Shown here: positions 38,001-46,918 of the stretch, piece by piece
How positions within the stretch are numbered: position 1 is the stretch's first letter
Layout of the letters: each line of letters opens with the position of its first letter
NCBI GenBank assembly: GCA_023150845.1
Contig: JAKLKD010000004.1
Coordinates: forward strand, 1,283 to 65,282
DNA length: 64,000 bases
From: Myxococcota bacterium
GTDB taxonomy: Bacteria > Myxococcota_A > UBA796 > CAJQPC01
Reading direction: 5' to 3'
Translations under genes and position numbers: made by a program
The notes under the pieces: model-generated
Database searches by the model: none
What the model was told of the DNA's origin: nothing
What the model saw: only the letters and a program-made list of their open reading frames with translations

Positions 38001-38426
38001 AAGGTGATCGCGCCCCGGCTGCGGGCCACACTCGGCGAGGCGCTCGTGGCCTGCGGCGCCGTCGCCGAGGGGGAGGCCCAGCTCCGCCGCGCCTTGGGGG
38101 AGGTCGAGGGCCTCGGCAACATGCCCACCGTGGGCGAGATCTGCGCCGCCCAGGCCCGCACCTCAGGAGGCCGCGAGGACCCCGACCGCCTCTTCGCCCC
38201 CGTGCTCAAGTGGATGAGCGAGGAGCCCGCGATGCTGCTGCGCCTGGAGCACATGCTCTGCTCAGCGCGCTGGGCCGAGGCCCGGGGCTGGCCCGACCGG
38301 GCGCGGGCGTTCTACGAGGCGGCCCAGGCGCTCCTCAAGCGCATCCGGGAGGACCTCGGCCCCGCCGACCAAGAGGCGTTGTCTGTACACCCTTGGACCC
38401 TCGAGATCCGCCGCGGCCTCGGCTGA
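35010..38426 (+). CDS. Ser/Thr kinase fused to a degenerate STAND/AAA domain and TPR-like helical repeats
   Basis: GGMAAVF, HRDLKSAN, DFG, YASPE; LVGRQAEL then altered Walker A GAPGSGRGR; TGGLPGYVEE; C-terminal helical repeats. Confidence 0.88.
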   Translation: MKDVSIPIPTQIGPYRVVRPLAQGGMAAVFEVEDPHTRERQALKLLTHRGVASPRLSREYRALTRLDHPNIVRVYRYGAHEGTPYLTMELLDGVPVQVWAKALGKPGEPQRTKEVLRVVASVADALDYLHGRGIVHRDLKSANILVLRDGHAKLLDFGTARLLADESITRAGEFVGTFAYASPEQITGGVVDARSDLYSLGALFYRLCTGKRVFEADTPHELARMHVERRPVPPRALVPSLPEEVERLILELLQKDPGQRPQRARDLADRIRGREPSPSQALVVSKPTRLVGRQAELESIRATLLKARPGRMVLIVGAPGSGRGRLLKAACAEARGLGWRVFMSSFGGAPGLAALMELADAAWSSLPRAQAIDLAQAMLTLRRWDRSAAEAEPGPEGLAETIDALTRVIQARASLDEHPLALGLSALQRCSPFALDVIAGLRQQLREQKVAVVLLAASSDESDAPGAALRQRLPDAWRVNLQPLTVEEVGELIQGMLGGRVPSTELSRNIHQVTGGLPGYVEEILRAMVQSGALEARRAGASITWVDRSEGRIAIPGSAREAITLRLDALPRPGRRLVEALAVAGGEAPSSMLAFALDLEQDAAVEGLEELAGRRIVECREEAGVERWTFRLGMTRELVMERLRASRRYVLRKRLAQAVVEEPPGPRRAELLAAAQQVDEALNDIVSWAEPMIESGRAGEVLPSLEQVSAACQRTSPQDRAAWARLHLLLGRALSEARPGDGSAEAAFREVHALTDNPRLRAEADLYNARLCVQRGELDRAQALLSRAYELNSRSSSPRLEARVCRDIGSVQWLIARFEDAGRWFDAALDAARRDGHPREIARSLVSFGVFCEVRGRLTEGERVLREAVGLYDSVGDRYGQWYAQANLAEVLRQRGAFSEAVAALEPQLRAARDGGPRGRWAMMNLNLAELEIELYHLGRARERLATLTAELDPREHLHLCVGVALAQARVALLSQEQRKAVEILEPALRSAEAAGLKVIAPRLRATLGEALVACGAVAEGEAQLRRALGEVEGLGNMPTVGEICAAQARTSGGREDPDRLFAPVLKWMSEEPAMLLRLEHMLCSARWAEARGWPDRARAFYEAAQALLKRIREDLGPADQEALSVHPWTLEIRRGLG

Positions 38427-38829
38427 GCCCCGGCGCCGGATCCCCCTGATCGACCGGATGCACGCCCTCTCTGCTCATGTAAGCTTGATGTAAGAGCTTG
38501 GGAGGCGCGCCGCGTCAGGGGTCATTCACCCGGACGCCCCCGGAGAAGTTCCGGTAAGTCGCAAGCAAGACTTGAACTTTACGAGGCTTTTTTACGCGAG
38601 TCTCGGGAGAGGGGGTCAACTTGGGCGTCTATCACACGCTATCACGTTCAGGACGCGGTTTCTGGCGCATCGTCGCTGAAATTTTAGGCCCGCGCGCTGA
38701 AATTATGAATGCTGTTTGAACATCGTTTGTGTATCTTCTGCACATCGATAAACCCCTTCCCAAAAGGGCTTTGGAGATTTATCGATTTCTGTACTATAGT
38801 GATTCTGCACCCCGGACAGGACGGCTCCG
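38427..38829. promoter_or_regulatory. Long, relatively AT-rich regulatory region upstream of the MglA-like gene
   Basis: Direct repeats ATGTAAG (38477, 38488), CTATCAC (38629, 38639), CGCTGAAATT (38674, 38695); inverted repeat ATCGATAAA/TTTATCGAT (38744-38752/38778-38786). Confidence 0.5.
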
Positions 38830-39444
38830 ATGCCCACGTTTCACCCCACCAAGCAGCTCATTCGAGTCAAGGTCGTCTACTATGGCGCTGGCCAGTGCGG
38901 CAAGACGACGAACCTCAAGATGCTGCACCAGGTGTTCCCCGCGGGCTCCCGCGGGGCGATGGTGACCTTGGACACGGAGTCGGAGCGCACCCTGTTCTTC
39001 GACTACTTCCCGGCGCACCTGGGCAACCTGCGCGGGTACAAGGTGCAGGTCGACTTCTTCTCTGTCCCTGGACAGTCCTTCTACAACTCCACCCGCCGGG
39101 AGCTGCTGCGGAACGTGGACGGCCTCGTCTTCGTCGCCGACTCCAGCGAGCGCCGGGAGAACGCGAACCTGCTCGCCCTGGAGAACCTCGAGCAGAACCT
39201 CGCCATGTACGGCCGCTCCCTCAAGGACACCCCCCACGTCCTCCAGTGGAACAAGCGCGACGTGCAAGACGCGGTGCCCGTCAACGTCATGGAGACCCTG
39301 TACAACCGCTACGGCGCCTCGTCGGAGTCGGCGATCGCGTCGGAGATGGTGGGTGTGTGGGAGACCCAGACCGCGGTGCTGCGCACGGTGCTCGAGCGCC
39401 TCAGCCAGCAGTACGGCCAGCAGCCCGCGGCGATGGCGGGCTGA
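38830..39444 (+). CDS. MglA-family small Ras-like GTPase (orphan paralogue)
   Basis: KVVYYGAGQCGKTTNL, ERTLFFD, VPGQ, VDGLVFVADS, NKRD. Confidence 0.9.
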   Translation: MPTFHPTKQLIRVKVVYYGAGQCGKTTNLKMLHQVFPAGSRGAMVTLDTESERTLFFDYFPAHLGNLRGYKVQVDFFSVPGQSFYNSTRRELLRNVDGLVFVADSSERRENANLLALENLEQNLAMYGRSLKDTPHVLQWNKRDVQDAVPVNVMETLYNRYGASSESAIASEMVGVWETQTAVLRTVLERLSQQYGQQPAAMAG

Positions 39445-39475
39445 GGGACGTCGGGCGCGGCGCCGGGCGCGGCGC

Positions 39476-40579
39476 CTACATCTCCAAACGAGAGTCCTCC
39501 ATCACCGAGAAGGTCGGCGGGACTCTCCAACGTTCGCCGTCGAGGGTGAGGGTGCCCTCGACCTCGCCGTAGTACTGGTTGAAGTCGGCGTCGATGAGCC
39601 AGGCCGTCTTCGTCTCCCGGCGGTGAAAGCGGGGGGTGAAGGTCAGCTCGACGCCGTCGCCATGGCCGCTGGGGTTGATGATCCGCCAGGGGCCGCTCTC
39701 TCGGGTCTCCTCGTTGAGCACGCCGGGCTCAAAGTTGAGGTTGGGCAGCTTCCGCAGCGCGCCGTCGAACCACACGGCGTACTTCATCGAGCGCACGGCG
39801 GGGCGGGCGCGGTCGGGGTGGTCGCGGTGGAGCTGCAGGCCCAAGGTCACCTTGCGGCCGCTGGCCTCGTGGACGGCCTCCCCGGCGGACGCGAGCCAGT
39901 ACCAGCCCTGGAGCCCACGCTGGTGGCCGACGGTGCGGTCCGTGGTGCCCAGGCTGCCGGGCGGCAACGAGATGACCTCGTTGCCGACGGTGAGCGCGCC
40001 GAACTTGAGCCGGGCGACGCCGTACCACTGCAGGCTGCCCCGACCCCGGTGAAACCGTGTGCACTGCACGAGCTGGGGCCCGACGGTTCGCTCCATGACC
40101 CCGGTGAGGTGCAGCCGCTCGGTGTGCATCGAGAAGCGCAGCTCCCCCCGGGCCTCGTCCTCCTCGATGAACGAGCGGGTGCTCGGGTCGACGAAGGTGC
40201 GCTGGTCCTCGCTGATCGTCACCTGGTTCTGCCGCAGGAGCCGGGTGAGCGAGGCCATCTCAAACCGGCCCGTGGCCTTCTCGACCACCTGGAGCGCGAC
40301 GTTCCCCGCCCGGCCAAAGTCGGCGATGTTCCAGACGAGGTAGTGGTCGGGGGTGTCCAGGGTGACATGAAAGAAGCGGTTGAGCGCCATGGTGAAGGCG
40401 CTGGAGTCGGCGAAGTTGTAGACCCCGTCAAACCGCTCGAACCACCCGGCGTTGTAGGTGCCCTCCGGGGAGATGAGCGCGGCGGGGCTCGGCACCTGCC
40501 GGGTGTAGTCGATGTGGAGGTCGAGCTCCGCGGGCGTGCGCCCGACGGCGGCGTCTAGGCGGTCGATGATGCGAGGCAT
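39476..40579 (-). CDS. DUF2804-like protein
   Basis: WYWLAS, PWRI, LTFTP, QYYGEVEG..L, EDSRLE pattern. Confidence 0.6.
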   Translation of the reverse strand: MPRIIDRLDAAVGRTPAELDLHIDYTRQVPSPAALISPEGTYNAGWFERFDGVYNFADSSAFTMALNRFFHVTLDTPDHYLVWNIADFGRAGNVALQVVEKATGRFEMASLTRLLRQNQVTISEDQRTFVDPSTRSFIEEDEARGELRFSMHTERLHLTGVMERTVGPQLVQCTRFHRGRGSLQWYGVARLKFGALTVGNEVISLPPGSLGTTDRTVGHQRGLQGWYWLASAGEAVHEASGRKVTLGLQLHRDHPDRARPAVRSMKYAVWFDGALRKLPNLNFEPGVLNEETRESGPWRIINPSGHGDGVELTFTPRFHRRETKTAWLIDADFNQYYGEVEGTLTLDGERWRVPPTFSVMEDSRLEM

Positions 40580-40652
40580 GGCGGCGCTCCGTAGGTGAAG
40601 GAGAGTGTACGCACGCCATGGGCCCTGTGTTGCGGCTCAGGCGTGACGGCGC

Positions 40653-41222
40653 TCAGCCACGCCCCAGCACACGCACCGCATCCCCGGGCCGCACGGCGCC
40701 GCCGCTCACCACCCGGGCGTGGATGCCGCGCAGCCGCAGGGGCTTGAGGTCGTCCAGCGCCGTGAGCGCCCGGGCGTCGGCCCCGAAGCGGCGCTCAAAC
40801 TTGAGGCAGCCGGTGTGGGGCTTCGCCGTGATCTCCAGCAGGACCTCACCCACCTGGAGCTTGCTGCCCGCGGGCAGGTTCTCGGCGCTGAGGTCGAGCT
40901 CGACGAGCAGGTTGTCGCCAGGGAGGCTGAGGTCCTGGCCGTTACACACGAGCCGCGCCACGTCGGCGCGCATCAGCGTGACCTCGGCCTCGGGGTGCCG
41001 CCGCTCGGAGAGGGACCAGCGGTCGCCGCGCAGGCCCTCCCCCGGGGCGAAGACGCCGACCGCCGGGGTGCGGCGGGCGTCGTCGGGGTGGCGCTCCACG
41101 ACGAGCGCCACGGTCCCGAGGTCTCGCGGGGGCGCGGGCAGCGCCGCGAGCGCGGCGCGTAGGCGCTCAAGGGGCAGGTGCAGCCGGGGGTCGGAGGGAG
41201 GGAAGACCATCAAGTCGCTCAT
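40653..41222 (-). CDS. MOSC domain protein
   Basis: GLRGDRW, GDNL, HTGC.KF..RFG, RGIHARV..GG.V..GD. Confidence 0.85.
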   Translation of the reverse strand: MSDLMVFPPSDPRLHLPLERLRAALAALPAPPRDLGTVALVVERHPDDARRTPAVGVFAPGEGLRGDRWSLSERRHPEAEVTLMRADVARLVCNGQDLSLPGDNLLVELDLSAENLPAGSKLQVGEVLLEITAKPHTGCLKFERRFGADARALTALDDLKPLRLRGIHARVVSGGAVRPGDAVRVLGRG

Positions 41223-41252
41223 CGTGCCTCCATCCCCCTCACACCCTTTGGG

Positions 41253-41759
41253 CTACCAGTCGTCGTCGCGACCGCCCTTCTTGCCGCCGCCCTCGTCGTC
41301 GTCGCCGTCGAAGTCCTCCTCGTCGCCCTCCTCGAAGTCTTCGTCCTCGTCGAAGTCCTCGTCGTCCAGGTCGCCGTCGAAGTCATCGTCGTCGTCGTCG
41401 AGGTCGTCGTCCTCGTCGAACTCGCTGTCGAGACGATCATCGTCGTCATCGTCGTCGTCGTCGTCGTTCTCGTCGAGGTAGTCCTCGTCCTCAAGGAGCT
41501 CCTCGAAGACCTCCTCGATCATACGCGCGGACTTGGGACGGGCGACGCTGAGGCGCTGGGCGAGGTCCTCAGCGATGAGGCCCTTCTGGCCCCAGGCCTT
41601 CACGACGTAGTAGGCGACGTCGTAGTCGCTCTGGGCCTTCTTGGGGAGCTTCTGAAGGATGACCTTGCCGTGGCGATAATGCGCCACGAACTTACGAAGC
41701 TCTTCTTTGGTGAAGAGCTCCATCAGGAGCTCAACGAGGGAGTCGGAGGAGGATGACAT
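41253..41759 (-). CDS. Small helical domain (death-fold/EAD-like) with a long Asp/Glu tail
   Basis: LVELLMELFTKEELRKFV...LP...G.I...L...RP....I; C-terminal ~70 aa mostly D/E with periodic F/L. Confidence 0.65.
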   Translation of the reverse strand: MSSSSDSLVELLMELFTKEELRKFVAHYRHGKVILQKLPKKAQSDYDVAYYVVKAWGQKGLIAEDLAQRLSVARPKSARMIEEVFEELLEDEDYLDENDDDDDDDDDDRLDSEFDEDDDLDDDDDDFDGDLDDEDFDEDEDFEEGDEEDFDGDDDEGGGKKGGRDDDW

Positions 41760-42014
41760 GAAGAGTTCCGGGGCCTCCGTCGGGGTCGTGCCGGGGTGGC
41801 GGGGGGTGAAGGAAGCAGGGCGGGAGCGGTTTATAGGGCCGCGAGCGAGCCTATAGGGCCGTCCCAGCCGGATCGATTGCCCCTATGCTCTGCCTCGCAA
41901 AAGCCGACAAGTCTTTTTTGGTGCTTCGGCGGCCAGCCTCATGCCTTCCTCGTCTGCGAGCGCCCTCGGCCCGCGTTAAGCGTGCTCACCCCCTCGACCC
42001 CGCCGGAGTCCCTG

Positions 42015-45000
42015 ATGAACAGCGAGAAGGTCACCACCACCCACCGCGTGCGGGTCGTCACCGCGGCCTCCCTCTTTGATGGGCACGACGCGGCGATCAA
42101 CGTCATGCGCCGCCTCATCCAGTCCATGGGCTGTGAGGTCATCCACCTCGGCCACAACCGCTCCGTCGCCGACGTGGTCCAGGCCGCCATCGAGGAGGAC
42201 GCCCAGGCCGTGGCGATCTCGTCCTACCAGGGCGGGCACATGGAGTACTTCCGCTACATGGTCCAGCTCCTCCGGGAGCAGGGGGCCGGCCACATCAAGG
42301 TCTACGGCGGCGGCGGCGGGGTGATCGTGCCCGAGGAGATCCGCCAGCTGCACGCTGATGGGGTCACCCGCATCTACCACCCTGAAGACGGCCGCCGCCT
42401 CGGCCTCGTCGGCATGATCGCCGACCTCGTGCGCGGCGCGGACTACGACGTCACCGACCATGGCCAACAGGACCCCGACGCGCTCCTCGCCGGGGTGAAG
42501 GCCGGGGACAAGGGCGCCCTCGCCCGGCTCATCACCTTGGCCGAGCGGGAGGTCGAGGCCCCCGGGGCCTTGGCGCCGTCTCTGCGCGCGGCGCTCAGCG
42601 GCGCCCGGGGCGCGGCGGTCATCGGCATCACCGGGACCGGCGGCGCGGGCAAGTCCTCGTTCACCGACGAGCTCGTGCGCCGCGCCCGGCGGGATCACCC
42701 CGAGCGCGCGGTCGCCGTGCTCTCCATCGACCCCACCCGCAAACGCACCGGCGGCGCGCTCTTGGGCGACCGCATCCGGATGAACGCCATCTCCGGCGGC
42801 GGCTGCTTCATGCGCTCCTTGGCCACCCGGGACTCCGGCGGGGAGCTCTCCCGGGCCACGGCGGACGCCATCGCGGCCTGCCGCCTCGCGGGCTTTGAGC
42901 TCATCTTCGTCGAGACCTCGGGCATCGGCCAGGGCGACTCGGCGGTGATGGAGGTCGCCGACATCGGGGTCTACGTCATGACCCCGGAGTACGGCGCCAG
43001 CTCTCAGCTTGAGAAGATCGACATGCTCGACTTCGCTGATGTCGTCGTGCTCAACAAGTTTGAGCGCCGCGGGGCCCAGGACGCCCTGCGCGACGTGCGG
43101 AAGCAGGTGCGCCGCAACCGCGAGCTGTTCTCGGCCCCGGACGACAGCTTGCCCGTGTTCGGCACCATCGCGTCCCAGTTCAACGACATCGGGGTGAACG
43201 CGGTCTACCTGCACCTCATGGGCCTCGTCTCCGCGCGCACTGGGCGGCCTTGGTCGTCGAAGCTTAAGGATCCCGGCGTGAAGGCGAGCCCGCCCCGCCG
43301 GGCGATCCTCTCCCCGGAGCGCCACCAGCACCTCGCCGAGATCGCCCGGGCCTGCCGGGACCACCACCGCTTCGTCGCCGAGCAGGCCACCTTGGCCCGG
43401 GACGCCTGGCACCTCCAGGAGGCCGCGCGCCTCGTCGGCGAGGCCCCCACCGCCGCGGCGCTCATCACCCAGGCCGAGGCCCGGCGCGGGGCCTTACACG
43501 CCGACACCCGGGCGGTGATCGAGGGCTGGGCCGAGAAGTCCGCCCGTTACCGCCAGGACGAGCTCGTCTACGCCGTGCGTGGCCAAGAGATCCGCCAGCC
43601 CCTCGTCACCACCTCACTCTCGGGCACCCGGATCCCCCGCGTCGCCGTGCCGCGCTTCGTCGATCACGGCGAGATCGTGCGCTGGTCGATGCTGGAGAAC
43701 GTGCCCGGCGAGTTCCCCTACACCGCCGGGGTCTTCCCCCTCAAGCGCGCCCAGGAGGACCCGAAGCGTATGTTCGCGGGTGAGGGCGGCCCGGCGAAGA
43801 CCAACGCGCGCTTCCACCTGCTCTGTGAGGGTGAGCCCGCGGCGCGGCTCTCGACGGCCTTTGACTCGGTGACGCTCTACGGCGAGGACCCCGCCACCCG
43901 CCCGGACATCTACGGGAAGATCGGCGAGTCCGGCGTGAGCGTGCCGACGCTCGACGACATGAAGATCCTCTACGGGGGCTTCGACCTCTGCGCGCCGACG
44001 ACGAGCGTGTCGATGACCATCAACGGCCCGGCGCCGATCTTGCTGGCGATGTTCTTGAACACCGCCATCGACCAGCAGCTCGCCGCCGCCGAGGCCAAGA
44101 AGGGCGCGGCGCTCACGGACGAGGAGGCCAAGGCCGTCCGGGCGCGCACGCTCCAGCAGGTGCGCGGCACCGTGCAGGCCGACATTTTGAAGGAGGATCA
44201 GGCCCAGAACACCTGCATCTTCTCCACGGAGTTCGCCCTGCGCATGATGGGCGACATCCAGGAGTACTTCATCCAGCACAAGGTGCGGAACTACTACAGC
44301 GTCTCGATCTCGGGCTACCACATCGCTGAAGCCGGGGCGAACCCCATCAGCCAGCTCGCGTTCACGCTCTCGAACGGCTTCACCTTCGTCGAGGTCTACC
44401 TCGCACGGGGCATGAAGATCGACGACTTCGCGCCGAACCTGTCGTTCTTCTTCTCGAACGGCATGGACCCCGAGTACACCGTGCTCGGCCGCGTGGCCCG
44501 GCGCATCTGGGCCGTGGCGATGCAGCGGCGCTACGGCGCCTCCCCGCGCAGCCAGATGTTGAAGTACCACATCCAGACCTCGGGCCGGTCCCTGCACGCC
44601 CAAGAGATTCAGTTCAACGACGTGCGCACCACCCTGCAGGCGCTCTTGGCGTTCTACGACAACTGCAACAGCCTGCACACGAACGCGTACGACGAGGCGA
44701 TCACCACGCCCACCGAAGACTCCGTGCGCCGGGCGATGGCGATTCAGCTCATCCTCACCAAAGAGTTCGGCCTGCTCAAGAACGAGAACGCGCTCCAGGG
44801 CAGCTTTATCGTCGAGGAGCTCACCGATCTCGTCGAGGAGGCCGTGCTCGCCGAGTTTGAGCGCCTCAACGAGCGCGGCGGCGTGCTCGGCGCCATGGAG
44901 ACGCAGTACCAGCGGGGCAAGATTCAGGACGAGTCGCTCTACTACGAGCAGCTCAAGCACGACGGGGCCCTGCCCATCGTCGGCGTGAACACCTTCTTGG

Positions 45001-45272
45001 ACCCGAAGGTGCTCGCCGAGGGCTACGAGCCGCCGCCCATCGAGCTTCGCCGGGCGAGCCCCGAAGAGAAGGCCGGGCAGATCGAGTCGGTGCGGCGCTT
45101 CCAGGCCGCCCACGCCCAAGAGGCCCCTGCGGCCTTGGAGCGGCTCCGTGAGGCGGCGCTCCACGGGGAGAACCTCTTCGCCGCGCTCATGGACGCCGTG
45201 CGCGTCGCGAGCCTCGGGCAGATCAGCCGGGCGCTCTACGAGGTCGGCGGAGAGTATCGCCGGAACCTCTAA
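42015..45272 (+). CDS. icmF: Fused isobutyryl-CoA mutase/MeaI GTPase
   Basis: B12-binding SLFDGHDAAINVMRR; GTGGAGKSS, ETSGIGQ, NKFE; mutase RMFAGEG, LSTAFD, SISGYH, YHIQTSGRSL. Confidence 0.95.
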   Translation: MNSEKVTTTHRVRVVTAASLFDGHDAAINVMRRLIQSMGCEVIHLGHNRSVADVVQAAIEEDAQAVAISSYQGGHMEYFRYMVQLLREQGAGHIKVYGGGGGVIVPEEIRQLHADGVTRIYHPEDGRRLGLVGMIADLVRGADYDVTDHGQQDPDALLAGVKAGDKGALARLITLAEREVEAPGALAPSLRAALSGARGAAVIGITGTGGAGKSSFTDELVRRARRDHPERAVAVLSIDPTRKRTGGALLGDRIRMNAISGGGCFMRSLATRDSGGELSRATADAIAACRLAGFELIFVETSGIGQGDSAVMEVADIGVYVMTPEYGASSQLEKIDMLDFADVVVLNKFERRGAQDALRDVRKQVRRNRELFSAPDDSLPVFGTIASQFNDIGVNAVYLHLMGLVSARTGRPWSSKLKDPGVKASPPRRAILSPERHQHLAEIARACRDHHRFVAEQATLARDAWHLQEAARLVGEAPTAAALITQAEARRGALHADTRAVIEGWAEKSARYRQDELVYAVRGQEIRQPLVTTSLSGTRIPRVAVPRFVDHGEIVRWSMLENVPGEFPYTAGVFPLKRAQEDPKRMFAGEGGPAKTNARFHLLCEGEPAARLSTAFDSVTLYGEDPATRPDIYGKIGESGVSVPTLDDMKILYGGFDLCAPTTSVSMTINGPAPILLAMFLNTAIDQQLAAAEAKKGAALTDEEAKAVRARTLQQVRGTVQADILKEDQAQNTCIFSTEFALRMMGDIQEYFIQHKVRNYYSVSISGYHIAEAGANPISQLAFTLSNGFTFVEVYLARGMKIDDFAPNLSFFFSNGMDPEYTVLGRVARRIWAVAMQRRYGASPRSQMLKYHIQTSGRSLHAQEIQFNDVRTTLQALLAFYDNCNSLHTNAYDEAITTPTEDSVRRAMAIQLILTKEFGLLKNENALQGSFIVEELTDLVEEAVLAEFERLNERGGVLGAMETQYQRGKIQDESLYYEQLKHDGALPIVGVNTFLDPKVLAEGYEPPPIELRRASPEEKAGQIESVRRFQAAHAQEAPAALERLREAALHGENLFAALMDAVRVASLGQISRALYEVGGEYRRNL

Positions 45273-46915
45273 TGCAGGGCGATCGCGGCGGGACGCCGGA
45301 TGAGCCTCGGGTGACCCGCGCGGCCTGGATGGCGGCGCTGGCGCTCTTGGCTGGGCTGACGGCCTGGGACCACGTCCAGTGGGCCGCCGCGGACCGCTGG
45401 CCCCTGGCCTGGGGGGACAGCGGCCTGCACACGCTCTCGTCGGTGCGCGCGGCGGACCTGGCGACGCGACGGCCGGCGCCCCTGGCGCTCAACCTGCTCT
45501 ACGCCCCGAGCTACTACCCCCACCTCGCCGACTGGCAGTCGATCCTCTGGCAGCGCTGGCTTGGGCCGTCCCCTGAGCTCGCCCGGGCGAGCCAGGCGAG
45601 CTTCGCCGCCGCCTTGACCGTCGGGGTCGGGCTGACGACGGCGCGGCTCTGGGGGCGGGCCTTGGGCCTCGCCGCGGCGGCGATGGTGATGATGAGCCCG
45701 CTCTTGTGGGCCCAGCGCGCCGAGGCCATGCTCGACGGGCCCCTCGCCGGGATGCTCGCCTTGAGCCTCGGGGTCTTGCCCCTGCCCGGCGCGGGCCCGG
45801 TCGCCGTCGCGCTCGGGGGACTGGTGATGGGGCTCACCCTGCTCACCAAACAGACCGCGCTGTTCTTCATCCCGCCCTTCGCCCTCTGGCTCGTGGTCCT
45901 CTGGGGGCGCCTCGGGGTCCGGTCGCTGTGGGCCCCGGCGCTGTGGCTCGCCGTCGTCGCCGCCGTCGCCGCGCCTTGGCTGGTGCCGAGCCTCGGTTAC
46001 CTCCGGGACGTGCTCCAGAACGTCAACGCCCAGCACCAGCTCCCCACCGGGGAGGCCCTGTGGGGCTGGCGGCTCTCGTGGGCGGCCTTCGTCAAGGAGG
46101 GCCTCACCCCGGCGCCCCTGGCCTGGGGGCTCGGCGCCGGGCTCCTCGTCGCGCCCCTGCTCCGCCGGGAGGCGCCGCTCTTGGGCGCGCTGCTCTTGGG
46201 CTTCGCCGCTGGGCTCATCGGCCTCGTGAGCTTCCCCGACGCCCACGAGCGCCACTTCGCCGCGCTCTGGCCCTTCGTGCTGCCCTTGGCCTTGGCGCCG
46301 CTGGCGGCGCTGCGGCGCTGGCCTCGTGCGCTTGGCGGGCTGTGCGCCGCCCTGGTGGTCCTGGGCCTCGTCGGCCAGCTCGGCTGGCGGGCGCCAGGGC
46401 TGGCGCTGAGCCGGGCTCAGATCAACCGCGACCCGGTGATGCGGGACCGGCGCCCGGAGACGACGCTGCGTGGGGGCCTCACCCGGCTCACCTACGCCCC
46501 GAGCCGCTGGGCCTGGGCGGCGCCGCTCCCCCGGGCGGCGGAGTGGCCGAGCCGGGCCCTCGTGGCGCGGGTTCTCAGCCTCGCCCGCCCGGCGGGGCCC
46601 CGGGGCCCGACCGTGCTCACCTTTGAGGCCGGGCTCTCCCCGGACCTGCTCGCGGCCGAGGCCCAGGCCTTGGGCCGGGTCGATCTCAAGGCCCAGCACG
46701 TCGAGGCCCACCAGCTCGCCGACCGCCTTCAGTCCCAGCGGGATCAGCTCAGCCGCCCGGTCTGGGCCGCCGAGGTGCAGCACCCCCAAGATCCCCTCGG
46801 GGTCACCGCGGCCTTGGACAAGCTCGGCTTTGAGGTGGTCGAGACCTGGCCCGCGCGCCTCGGCCCCAACGCCGAGCCCGTCACCCTCGTCCTGCGGCGG
46901 AGCGACCTCAACTGA
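45272..46915 (+). CDS. Polytopic membrane glycosyltransferase (GT-C, ArnT/GT39-like)
   Basis: Many TM helices; WGD..H, MLDGP, LLTKQT, APW, RHF motifs. Confidence 0.6.
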   Translation: MQGDRGGTPDEPRVTRAAWMAALALLAGLTAWDHVQWAAADRWPLAWGDSGLHTLSSVRAADLATRRPAPLALNLLYAPSYYPHLADWQSILWQRWLGPSPELARASQASFAAALTVGVGLTTARLWGRALGLAAAAMVMMSPLLWAQRAEAMLDGPLAGMLALSLGVLPLPGAGPVAVALGGLVMGLTLLTKQTALFFIPPFALWLVVLWGRLGVRSLWAPALWLAVVAAVAAPWLVPSLGYLRDVLQNVNAQHQLPTGEALWGWRLSWAAFVKEGLTPAPLAWGLGAGLLVAPLLRREAPLLGALLLGFAAGLIGLVSFPDAHERHFAALWPFVLPLALAPLAALRRWPRALGGLCAALVVLGLVGQLGWRAPGLALSRAQINRDPVMRDRRPETTLRGGLTRLTYAPSRWAWAAPLPRAAEWPSRALVARVLSLARPAGPRGPTVLTFEAGLSPDLLAAEAQALGRVDLKAQHVEAHQLADRLQSQRDQLSRPVWAAEVQHPQDPLGVTAALDKLGFEVVETWPARLGPNAEPVTLVLRRSDLN

Positions 46916-46918
46916 GCC

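Noticed and set aside
38427-38829. Replication origin
   Set aside because: AT-rich, but no DnaA-box (TTATCCACA-like) cluster seen and no dnaA/parAB/rep neighbours.
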